A stretch of DNA of 21,363 bases, taken from contig JAZGFI010000062.1 of NCBI GenBank assembly GCA_036479435.1, positions 1-21,363 on the forward strand, read 5' to 3'. This stretch comes from Planctomycetota bacterium. GTDB taxonomy: Bacteria; Planctomycetota; GCA-002687715; DRQF01. Under the pieces are notes generated by a model, which did no database searches, had not been told where the DNA came from, and saw nothing but the letters and a program-made list of their open reading frames with translations. Both the position numbers and the translations under genes were made by a program. Below are positions 1-7,124 of this stretch, in pieces; the stretch's first letter is position 1; each line of letters opens with the position of its first letter.

Positions 1-30
1 CGGGCAGTCCACTCGGTCCTCATCACTTAG
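1..30 (+). CDS. Probable C-terminal fragment of the intron-encoded RT/maturase (RAVHSVLIT*)
   Basis: Frame 1 reads RAVHSVLIT-TAG and ends 17 nt before domain V, where IEP ORFs usually end. It resembles RxVHS tails I recall from En-minus IEPs. Only 9 codons are visible. Confidence 0.5.
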   Translation, partial: RAVHSVLIT

Positions 31-121
31 CGAACCCGTCTAACGAGGAGCCGGATGCGTCAATCGCGCACGTCCGGATCTGTGGGGGGCTGGGGAGAAA
101 AATCTCCCTGGTCTACCCGAC
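1..121 (+). mobile_element. 3' end of a group II intron (domain V 48-80, domain VI ~84-118, 3' splice site after AC at 120-121); the 5' part lies outside the window
   Basis: GAGCCGGATGCG-TCAATCG-CGCACGTCCGGATC matches the domain V consensus with the AGC catalytic triad at 49-51. GGGGGGCTGGGGAGA-AAAA-TCTCCCTGGTCT-A-CCC-GAC folds as domain VI with a bulged branch-point A at 115 and terminal AY. Confidence 0.9.
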
Positions 122-189
122 GACCAATTCCTCCACCCTTTGAAGGTGGTTGACGCGGATGACGTGCCTCAGGGGTGAAGGAATTCGTC
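122..189. repeat. Imperfect inverted repeat (hairpin) starting at the first base of the intron 3' exon
   Basis: GACCAATTCCTCCACCC (122-138) pairs with GGGTGAAGGAATTCGTC (173-189) at 15 of 17 positions, with further bulged pairing inward. Confidence 0.7.
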
Positions 190-227
190 AGACGCCGTAC
201 ACCAACGCTCGGTGTGAAGTAGCACCA

Positions 228-270
228 GGCACACAAAAGGCCCCCAGAGACTGGGAGCCTTTTGTGTGCC
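228..270 (-). terminator. Intrinsic terminator / long hairpin downstream of tRNA-Trp
   Basis: Perfect 14-bp inverted repeat GGCACACAAAAGGC (228-241) / GCCTTTTGTGTGCC (257-270). On the minus strand the inner stem GGCTCCCAG-TCT-CTGGGGGCC is followed by TTTTGTGT. It may act bidirectionally. Confidence 0.8.
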
Positions 271-274
271 TTAG

Positions 275-347
275 CACGGGCAGAGGGACTCGAACCCCCA
301 ACCTGCTGATTTGGAATCAGCTGCTCTACCAATTGAGCCATGCCCGT
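275..347 (-). tRNA. trnW: tRNA-Trp (anticodon CCA), 3' CCA end not encoded
   Basis: Reverse complement folds as a cloverleaf: acceptor ACGGGCA/TGCCCGT, D arm GCTC-AATTGGTA-GAGC, anticodon arm GCTGA-TTCCAAA-TCAGC, T arm GGGGG-TTCGAGT-CCCTC, discriminator G, then CTAA. Confidence 0.97.
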
Positions 348-385
348 AGATTTTGGTCCCGGTCGGGTTATGACCGAAGGTGCCT

Positions 386-413
386 ATGGTAGCCGGGAAG
401 TTTCTGGGAGCAA
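386..413 (-). promoter_or_regulatory. Possible sigma70 promoter for the tRNA
   Basis: Minus strand reads TTGCTC-N16-TACCAT about 40 nt upstream of the mature tRNA 5' end. Weak match. Confidence 0.3.
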
Positions 414-434
414 GACGTCCCCGGAGGGCCGATC

Positions 435-1226
435 TTAATGCGATTTCGGGGTTGGCTTGGAAGTTGGTGGTGCGGGTTTCGATGACTTGGGGGCGCCAAA
501 TTTCCATTTGCGATAACGAAAAGTGTGCCGGACCTTGCCCGCCCGGACGATGACGCGAGTCGGCACGGTCCAGCCCGCAAGGTGGACGTGGCTGATCTCG
601 CGGGCGCTCGTGCCGATGCCTGTCGCTGAGGAGGATTTCACCAACCACAAGTCGCCACGTTTTCGGTACTGGTAGCTCACTGCGAAAACCACCCGCCCCT
701 GCGCATCGCAGAGCGCCTGTTTTTGAAGACGGCCTTGCTCGTCGGCCGTGTACAGAGTCGAGCGAATGGGTGCTTTGAGATCTTGGCCCTTGGGGATTGA
801 GAAGCGTACCGAGTTGGGACTCTCCAGGCTTACATGGTGTGACTTTAAGAGGATCTCGGGATCGATGCCGACGGCGTCCGCCATAATCCGTTGCTGCAGC
901 GCGGGATTGATGGGAACGACCTTGCCGGACTTGTCCACCACGACGGTCTTGTCGGCCTTCCAATGGAAGAAAAAGGGGCCTGATGTCGTCACCTGACTCT
1001 CCTTGGGCCGTGCTTCGTCCAGCTGCTCGATGCTGACCTGAAACCGAACTTCCTTAAGACCCGCGATGCGTGGACGGTAGATGAGGCTTGAAAACTTCTT
1101 GAAAACGGCCAAGCCGCGCTCGTCTTGCTTGAGGGTGGGAGCCTTGGTGGTTTTGTCTTCGGCGCCTTTTTCCTGGGCACCAAGACTCAGGCACAGCAGC
1201 GAAACCAGGGCGATGGTCTTGATCAT
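435..1226 (-). CDS. Secreted/periplasmic hypothetical protein
   Basis: Start reassigned to ATG 1226 (GAAAGG upstream). Sec-type signal peptide MIKTIALVSLLCLSLGAQ, a beta-strand-rich basic body and a Pro/Lys/Ser-rich tail. No family recognised. Confidence 0.7.
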   Translation of the reverse strand: MIKTIALVSLLCLSLGAQEKGAEDKTTKAPTLKQDERGLAVFKKFSSLIYRPRIAGLKEVRFQVSIEQLDEARPKESQVTTSGPFFFHWKADKTVVVDKSGKVVPINPALQQRIMADAVGIDPEILLKSHHVSLESPNSVRFSIPKGQDLKAPIRSTLYTADEQGRLQKQALCDAQGRVVFAVSYQYRKRGDLWLVKSSSATGIGTSAREISHVHLAGWTVPTRVIVRAGKVRHTFRYRKWKFGAPKSSKPAPPTSKPTPKSH

Positions 1227-1347
1227 CGGGGGGCCTTTCGGGACATGCACGGCGAATGCGCATAGAGTGGCTTGCGATCAAAAGAGCGTAGCATCTTCGT
1301 TGCTTCTTCCCATGAAGACCGCCCTCGATGTTCCAGCAACGCTCGCT

Positions 1348-1381
1348 TGCTATACTTCGCCCATTCCCCACGCCGAGGAGG
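1348..1381 (+). promoter_or_regulatory. Extended -10 promoter element and RBS of the AhpD-like/kyn operon
   Basis: TGcTATACT at 1348-1356 (TGn plus a near-consensus -10). GAGGAGG at 1375-1381 precedes GTG 1386. Confidence 0.6.
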
Positions 1382-1385
1382 CCCT

Positions 1386-1967
1386 GTGAAGCCAAGTCCT
1401 GCCCTTTTTTACATTCGCACCGTTGACGAATCGGAAGCCCAAGGACCGCTGCAAGCGATCTATGCCGCGAGCCTGAAACGCGCCGGCAAGGTCTTCAACA
1501 TCGTGAAGATCATGAGCTTAAGGCCGCGGCAGATAACGGCCTCGATGAGCCTCTACGAAAACCTGATGCATGGCGATTCTGAACTGACGCGAACCGAGCG
1601 CGAGATGTTGGCGACCGTCGTCAGTCGGATCAACGAGTGCTTTTACTGAACCGAAGCCCACGCACGAGACCTCCGGTCGGAGGTCAAAGACGACCAAGCG
1701 GATTGGGTCGCAAAGATCAAAGAGAGTTTTGAGACCGCCGAACTCAGCCCGCGCCAACGTGCTCTCTGCGAATTCGCAAGAGATCTGACTATGGCGCCTC
1801 AAAAGATGAACGCAACGCGACTGGATCCGTTGCGCGACGTTGGCCTTAGCGATGCCGGTGTCTTGGACGCAACCCAAATCGTATCGTATTTTAACTACAT
1901 CAACCGCGTCGCCGATGCCCTCGGCGTTCCCCCGGAATCTGATTGGGATCTAAAGCATGACCTCTGA
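1386..1967 (+). CDS. AhpD-like / carboxymuconolactone decarboxylase (peroxidase-related) family protein, probable selenoprotein with CxxU (C85, U88), 193 aa
   Basis: GTG start with a strong RBS. ...LTRTEREMLATVVSRINECFY-TGA(1647-1649)-TEAHARDLR... continues in frame through ELSPRQRALCEFARDLT...LRDVGLSDAGVLDATQIVSYFNYINRVADALGV to TGA 1965-1967. Both halves match the AhpD-core peroxidase family, and the TGA sits at the second Cys of the CxxCxxxH motif. Confidence 0.9.
1668..1685 (+). promoter_or_regulatory. Putative bacterial SECIS element
   Basis: Perfect 7-bp stem GACCTCC/GGAGGTC with a G-initiated GGTC loop. 25 nt separate the in-frame UGA from the loop. Confidence 0.75.
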
Positions 1968-3174
1968 TACCAGCACACGCGAAAACCCAAAGCACGACCC
2001 TGGGCTGTTGGCTTGGCGCAAAGAGTTTCCAATCTTGGAAACCACGACCTACATGAACTCGAACTCGCTCGGCGCGATGCCCCGCGGCGTGCGCGACGAG
2101 ATGAACGACTATTGCGACCTCTGGGCGAAGCGCGGCGTCCGCGCTTGGCACGATCGCTGGATTGACTTGGTCGACGAAGTCGCGGACATTTACGCCGATG
2201 TTTTTGGTGCCTCACACGGCTCGGTGTCCATGCACCAAAACGTCGCGATCACCGAGTGGATCTTGCTCTCCGCATTCGACTTCTCCGGCCCGCGCAACAA
2301 AGTCGTTTACACGGACATGAATTTCCCGTCGGTCATGTACATCTACGAAGAGTACCGCCGCCACGGCGCCGTACTTGACGTGATCAAAAGCGACGACGGG
2401 CTCACGGTTGATCTCGACAAGATCCTCGACGCCATCGACGAAAAGACCTTGCTCGTACCCGTGTCTTTGGTGCTGTTTCGCAGCGCCTACATCCAAGACG
2501 CCAAAGCCATCATCGAAAAGGCTCATGCGGTCGGCGCCAAAGTCATCCTCGATGTCTACCAGGGCGCGGGCACCGTGCCGATCGACCTTACGGCCCTGAA
2601 CGTCGACTTCGCGGTCGGCGGCAGCGTCAAGTTTGTCTGCGGAGGGCCGGGAGCCGGGTATCTTTACGTCCGCCCCGATCTCGCCGACTCGCTGGAGCCA
2701 ACCTGCACCGGATGGTTTGCCCACCAGCGCCCCTTCGAGTTCGAAACCGGCAAGATCAAGTGGGCCGATGCGCGCCATCGCTTCAACAACGGCACTCCGC
2801 ACATCCCCGCCATCTACTCGGCGAAAACGGGGATCTCTTTGCTGAAGGAGATCGGCGTGAACCGCATTCGGCAAAACTCTTTGGCCCTCACCGACCGTTT
2901 GATCGCGCGCGGCAAAAAGTACGGATTTGATCTAACCGTTCCCATTTTGCACGCGCACCGCGGCGGCACCGTCGCCTTTGATGTGCCTCACGCCAAAAAA
3001 GTCACCGCCGAGCTTTTGGAACGCGACATCATCGTGGACTGGCGCCCGAACTGCGGCATTCGCGTTTCGCCCCACTACTACACGACTCCCGAAGAGTGCG
3101 ACTTCGCCGTGGATCAAATCAAAGAGATTCTCGACAGCGGAGCCTTCAAAAAACACGGCGACGACCTCTACTAG
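1957..3174 (+). CDS. kynU: Kynureninase-like class V PLP-dependent enzyme
   Basis: Motifs YMNSNSLGAMP, LDVYQGAG, GGSVKFVCGGPGAG (PLP Lys), GWFAH, GTP, RGG and DWRP..IRVSP. Adjacent to kynB. Confidence 0.78.
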   Translation: MTSDTSTRENPKHDPGLLAWRKEFPILETTTYMNSNSLGAMPRGVRDEMNDYCDLWAKRGVRAWHDRWIDLVDEVADIYADVFGASHGSVSMHQNVAITEWILLSAFDFSGPRNKVVYTDMNFPSVMYIYEEYRRHGAVLDVIKSDDGLTVDLDKILDAIDEKTLLVPVSLVLFRSAYIQDAKAIIEKAHAVGAKVILDVYQGAGTVPIDLTALNVDFAVGGSVKFVCGGPGAGYLYVRPDLADSLEPTCTGWFAHQRPFEFETGKIKWADARHRFNNGTPHIPAIYSAKTGISLLKEIGVNRIRQNSLALTDRLIARGKKYGFDLTVPILHAHRGGTVAFDVPHAKKVTAELLERDIIVDWRPNCGIRVSPHYYTTPEECDFAVDQIKEILDSGAFKKHGDDLY

Positions 3175-3175
3175 C

Positions 3176-3805
3176 ATGTCGGGGCGCATCATCGACATCT
3201 CTCAAGCCATAGGGCCCGAAACCGTGGTTTGGCCGGGCGACACGAAGTACTCACAAAAACGAGTGATGGAACTCGACAAATCCTGCCCCTGCAACGTCAC
3301 CACGATCACCATGAGTGTGCACTGCGGCACGCACGCCGATGCACCCCTGCACTACGACGCCGCGGGCTGCACGCCAGCCGAGATGGACTTAGCGCCCTTC
3401 ATCGGTCCTTGCCGCGTCATCGATGTGCAGTCAGACGACGCGATCTATCCGTCTGATTTCGACGACGTCGACCTCGGCCACATCAGACGCCTGATTTTCC
3501 GGACCAAAAGACCGAGCCCCGAAAAGACTTGGCGCGACGACTACGCCTACATGAGTCAAGAGGCGGCCACGGTCCTGGCGGCAGCCGGGGTGCTTTTGGT
3601 GGGGAGCGATGCCGCCAGCATGGATCCGATGACCAGCAAGACCTTGGATGCCCACAAGACCATGAATACCGCAGGGATTCGCTGGCTCGAAAACCTCGAC
3701 CTTTCTCGCGCCCCGGCCGGCGACTACGAACTGATCGCAGCCCCTTTGAAACTCAGCCACGCGGACGCCGCCCCGGTTCGCGCCCTGCTTAGGACCCTCT
3801 CATGA
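3176..3805 (+). CDS. kynB: Kynurenine formamidase (arylformamidase, cyclase family)
   Basis: Start reassigned to ATG 3176, 1 nt after the kynU stop. Motifs IIDISQ, VWPGD, HCGTHADAPLHY (HxGTHxDxPxH), SMDPMTSKTLDAH, LENLDL and ADAAPVRA. Confidence 0.9.
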   Translation: MSGRIIDISQAIGPETVVWPGDTKYSQKRVMELDKSCPCNVTTITMSVHCGTHADAPLHYDAAGCTPAEMDLAPFIGPCRVIDVQSDDAIYPSDFDDVDLGHIRRLIFRTKRPSPEKTWRDDYAYMSQEAATVLAAAGVLLVGSDAASMDPMTSKTLDAHKTMNTAGIRWLENLDLSRAPAGDYELIAAPLKLSHADAAPVRALLRTLS

Positions 3806-4221
3806 CCGACGCCAGAATCATCAATCCGAAAGAATGGCCCAAGCCCATCGGCTACTCAAATGGCGTTGTTGCCTCGGGGCCGATGCTCTACCTCGGCGGC
3901 CAGGTTGCCTTCGATACGAAGGGCGAGGTTGTCGGTGAAGGCGACTTGGTCCTTCAGTTTGAGCAAGTCATGAAGAACCTCCAGACGGTTTGTAAGGCCG
4001 GAGGGTCTTCGCTGAAGGATGTCGTCAAACTGACGATCTTCGTGCAAGACCGCGACGACTACAAAGCCAAGGGGCGCGAACTCGGTGCCGTCTATCGACA
4101 GTATTTTGGCCGGCACTATCCGGCGATGACGCTCGTCGAGGTCGCGCGTTTTTATGAGACAAAAGTCCTGATCGAGATCGAGGGCATCGCGGTCGCTGAC
4201 CGAAGTTGCGACAACGATTAG
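3802..4221 (+). CDS. RidA/YjgF/YER057c family enamine-imine deaminase
   Basis: Motifs PIGYSNGV, LYLGGQV, YFGRHYPAMTLVEV and LIEIEGIA. ATGA overlap with kynB. Confidence 0.92.
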   Translation: MTDARIINPKEWPKPIGYSNGVVASGPMLYLGGQVAFDTKGEVVGEGDLVLQFEQVMKNLQTVCKAGGSSLKDVVKLTIFVQDRDDYKAKGRELGAVYRQYFGRHYPAMTLVEVARFYETKVLIEIEGIAVADRSCDND

Positions 4222-4231
4222 ATTAGATTAG
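4216..4231 (+). repeat. Short tandem repeat (GATTA)x3+G
   Basis: GATTAGATTAGATTAG spans the RidA stop codon. Confidence 0.85.
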
Positions 4232-4247
4232 CTCTCAACGCTCACGA

Positions 4248-6197
4248 CTATTTGATCTCGATCCGATGCTCACAGGCGGTGATTTCGGGAAGCGTCATCA
4301 CCCGCGGCTCACGCCCCTCGACGAAGATCAAGTAGGTATCGACCGTCGATACGAGACCGAAATGGTGGCGGCGGACACTATCAGGGTTCCGAGCGGCACC
4401 CGGAAAGTGACGCAGAACACCCACGACCGTACCGTCCGCCCCGCCATTCATCGCCACCACACACACCTGATTTTGGCTCAGATTTTTGGCTATTGCCAAC
4501 CTCAATTCAACAACGACCTTCAGTTCTTTGATGTTCGTCAAAGTCGGCTCAATCGTTCGCCTGATGACTTCATGGTTCGCCGCGTTGATCTGACGCTCGT
4601 CGATTCGGTGGCGCGGGGAAAAACTCCGCACGCGGTAGTTGCCGGTTTCGCCGAGAGGCACACTAAACTGAGGCCAGTTCTTGTCGACCTGTTCGCGGTA
4701 AACGTGTTCTCCAAATCCGCACACCCGATTCGAATCATCCAAGACCACGCAGGCGGAGTTGAGAGCGTTCCAACTTTGGGGGCTCATCACGCTCAGGTAC
4801 AGATAGGGCAACGACCAAGGTTGGCCCTCGGCCCCTTGGATGCGAAGTTTGCCCTCGTGAGCCTTCCAGATTTGGGCCAGCACTTGGCCGTCCCGCGCCG
4901 CATCGGTCGCCCGAAGATCGAGCGATCTCAGCGAAGAAGAATGCGCCAGGGCGCCTAGAGAAGAGCGATCCTCAAGGTGAATTCCCATCAGTCGCAACGA
5001 GCTCAGCTTTGGGAGACGCAAGATCGCCTCAAAGCTCGCCCGACCCAAACCGACACAGTTGTTCAGTGACAGCTCAGAAAGACCGGTCAGGCCGCCGAGC
5101 TGAGCCCACCCTTCGTCGTCGGGGCCGTCGACGTAAGTTAACCTCAAGGTCTGCAAGGACTCCAGGGAACGAAGAGCCGAAAGCGCCTCGCCTTGAATCG
5201 TCAAAGGTGTGAACCCGTCGCCACCTACTTCCAAGTGGCGCAAGTTTGGCGTCGCCGCCATGGCGGCGATGAGTTCGGTGCCGTCCTCGCTAGAGATGCC
5301 CCCACTGGCGAGGCGCCAAAGTGCCGCATGATTGGCGAGGGGCGCGAGATCGGCGGCTGAAAACCTCAAGTGGTTGAGGCCGAGGCTGCGCAAGTTTGGC
5401 AAGCCTTGGATGAGCGCCGAGATCGTGGGTCCGGAAGCTTGCGTCCCACTGATGTCGAGTGACATCAGCTGCCCCATGTTCAGCAGCTTGCGTAAGCCTT
5501 GGTCGCTGAGCTTGCTGCCCGGCATGACATACTCGGGCTCCTCTCCTTGGGCACCTTCGAATTGAATGGAGGCGGTCTGACCGACAAAGCCCGTAAGATC
5601 GAGCCTGCGAAGCTGAGGCAAGCGAGTGACAACCTCGAGCCCGGCATCCGTCATCACCGGGCATTGGGCCAAACTGAGATCAATGAGCCGCTCGAGTCTC
5701 GCCAGTGGCTCAAGGCCCCGATCTGTTACGTAGGAGCCACTCAGCACAAGGCTCTCAAGCTCAGGGCAACGATCGACAATCTGCTTCAGTTCCGGGTCGG
5801 CGAACTTCTGGCCGTAGACTCTCAGAAATTTCGTCGCCGGAGCTAGCCCCACGATCGCCGCGGGATTCCTCAAGTACACAGGTGGTGATAGCGTGCCGTC
5901 TTCTTCTCCTGAGTCAAAAGCGACATTCGTGGCCGCATTTTGATCCTCGTGAGCGGCCTCTTGGCCCCACCCGGACTCACGCCAGACAAAAGCACCGATC
6001 ACCAGCAGAACAACTGCCGCTGCAGCTAAACCCGACCAAGGGATGTTGCGTCGTGGAGACTTTTTCTCAACCGCTCTTGGCGCAGGTTGGCCCGGGCTCT
6101 CGCCACGAAGAGTCCAAGCCAGGGCCGCATCAATGAGTTTGTCGGCGGCGCGGTCTTGGGCATCGTCGGGCCGAGTGCTGTTTTTGTGCTCGTTCAT
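4248..6197 (-). CDS. Membrane-anchored leucine-rich repeat protein, putative anti-sigma factor (649 aa)
   Basis: Start reassigned to ATG 6197, 2 nt after the sigma stop. Short N-terminal region, one TM helix (WSGLAAAAVVLLVIGAFVW), many LxxLxLxxxxxTDxGL repeats and an unrecognised C-terminal domain. Confidence 0.78.
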   Translation of the reverse strand: MNEHKNSTRPDDAQDRAADKLIDAALAWTLRGESPGQPAPRAVEKKSPRRNIPWSGLAAAAVVLLVIGAFVWRESGWGQEAAHEDQNAATNVAFDSGEEDGTLSPPVYLRNPAAIVGLAPATKFLRVYGQKFADPELKQIVDRCPELESLVLSGSYVTDRGLEPLARLERLIDLSLAQCPVMTDAGLEVVTRLPQLRRLDLTGFVGQTASIQFEGAQGEEPEYVMPGSKLSDQGLRKLLNMGQLMSLDISGTQASGPTISALIQGLPNLRSLGLNHLRFSAADLAPLANHAALWRLASGGISSEDGTELIAAMAATPNLRHLEVGGDGFTPLTIQGEALSALRSLESLQTLRLTYVDGPDDEGWAQLGGLTGLSELSLNNCVGLGRASFEAILRLPKLSSLRLMGIHLEDRSSLGALAHSSSLRSLDLRATDAARDGQVLAQIWKAHEGKLRIQGAEGQPWSLPYLYLSVMSPQSWNALNSACVVLDDSNRVCGFGEHVYREQVDKNWPQFSVPLGETGNYRVRSFSPRHRIDERQINAANHEVIRRTIEPTLTNIKELKVVVELRLAIAKNLSQNQVCVVAMNGGADGTVVGVLRHFPGAARNPDSVRRHHFGLVSTVDTYLIFVEGREPRVMTLPEITACEHRIEIK

Positions 6198-6199
6198 GC

Positions 6200-6712
6200 T
6201 TAGAGGCTCCGTTCGAGGCAAACGCGGATAAGACCGCGCGCCCGTTGCAAGATCGTGGAGACGTTGGAGGTACTCAGGTCGAGGGTCTTCGCGATTTGAT
6301 GTTGGGGTTGGCCTTGGCGATAGAAAAGGTCGACCGCTTGGCTGGCTCGACCATCGAGTTTGCCGACGCATTCGCGAAGAGCCGCGAAGAGAGATTCAGG
6401 ATTGTCGTCGGGTACCAATCGGGTCCAGACGGCTTCGGCGGCATCCGTTTCGAGGATTTCTCGTCGGCGCGATTGCTGCCGGCGTTCGGATACAAAGTGG
6501 TTTTTGGCCGCGGCGCGAAGATAGGCGCTCAAGCCGTCCAAGGAGCGCGGCTTGGCCCGACCGTCAAGAATACGCAGGAAAACCTCGTGGACGAGGTCGT
6601 CTGCCTCAGCGGGGCTCGCCCCCAGGCTCCTGACAAAGAGCCAAACCCCTGGCCGCGCGTCGTCGAGACGTTTTGCCAGAACATCGCCGGTGATTTCTTT
6701 CATGGCTTGCAT
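6200..6712 (-). CDS. ECF-type RNA polymerase sigma-70 factor
   Basis: Region 2 (AEADDLVHEVFLR...SAYLRAAAKN) and region 4 (LRECVGKLDGRASQAVDLFY...IAKTLDLSTSNVSTILQRARGLIRVC). 170 aa. Confidence 0.92.
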   Translation of the reverse strand: MQAMKEITGDVLAKRLDDARPGVWLFVRSLGASPAEADDLVHEVFLRILDGRAKPRSLDGLSAYLRAAAKNHFVSERRQQSRRREILETDAAEAVWTRLVPDDNPESLFAALRECVGKLDGRASQAVDLFYRQGQPQHQIAKTLDLSTSNVSTILQRARGLIRVCLERSL

Positions 6713-6896
6713 GCCCCATAGGCGCGTGGCGAGCCTGTAGCATCACAAAAAACCGCAAGATTCACCTTTTCTCCGACCGCGAACACCCCTGAGCCCACCC
6801 AAACCCTGAACATTCGGGTCAGACCAAAGTCACCACCCTTTCAAACCAAATCTCAGACTTTCAACCAGTCGGGCGGCGAGACGATGGGGATGAGGT

Positions 6897-7100
6897 TCAA
6901 AGGCCCTCGTCGTAGGGTTGCTCCCAGTCTATCCCGAGGTCGTTGATGATCTGCCACATGGCGGCGCTGGCGAACTGCAAGTTGGAGCTAACGCAGGGGG
7001 CGAGGTCGTCTTGTTGCCCCAGGGCTTTGAGGCGGCGATAAGTTTCGAGAATCTCAGTTTCGGTGGCGTCCAGCTCGCGCCCAATCAGATCTTTGGCCAT
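6897..7100 (-). CDS. Small acidic hypothetical protein (67 aa), last gene of the CoA-ligase operon
   Basis: ATG with AAAGGA RBS, 24 nt downstream of the ligase stop. Helical, protein-like composition. Confidence 0.75.
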   Translation of the reverse strand: MAKDLIGRELDATETEILETYRRLKALGQQDDLAPCVSSNLQFASAAMWQIINDLGIDWEQPYDEGL

Positions 7101-7124
7101 GGTCGGAATTCCTTTCGTCGTGGT

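Noticed and set aside
122..189. Integron attC site
   Set aside because: No RYYYAAC...GTTRRRY core sites bound the hairpin, and there is no cassette array or integrase in the window.
275..347. tRNA as tRNA-Sec or a UGA suppressor, or the genome using UGA=Trp
   Set aside because: The anticodon is CCA, the variable loop is short, the acceptor stem is 7 bp and G24 is wild type. TGA is a real stop in several genes here (kynB, ACAD, SDR, MDR).
60..963. ORFs 60-341, 150-392 and 271-963
   Set aside because: They overlap the tRNA, the terminator, the intron RNA domains or the better-supported 435-1226 gene, and their translations are not protein-like.
1272..1649. 125-aa ORF from the track as a complete gene, or as a nonsense pseudogene
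   Set aside because: The RBS supports GTG 1386. The TGA falls on a catalytic Cys position, is followed by a SECIS-like hairpin, and the downstream frame is intact, which favours Sec recoding.
1957..3174. Class V enzyme as a selenocysteine lyase or cysteine desulfurase
   Set aside because: It lacks the SufS/IscS catalytic Cys loop (RxGHHCA or SGSAC). The NSLG, GGPG and GWF motifs and adjacency to kynB fit kynureninase.
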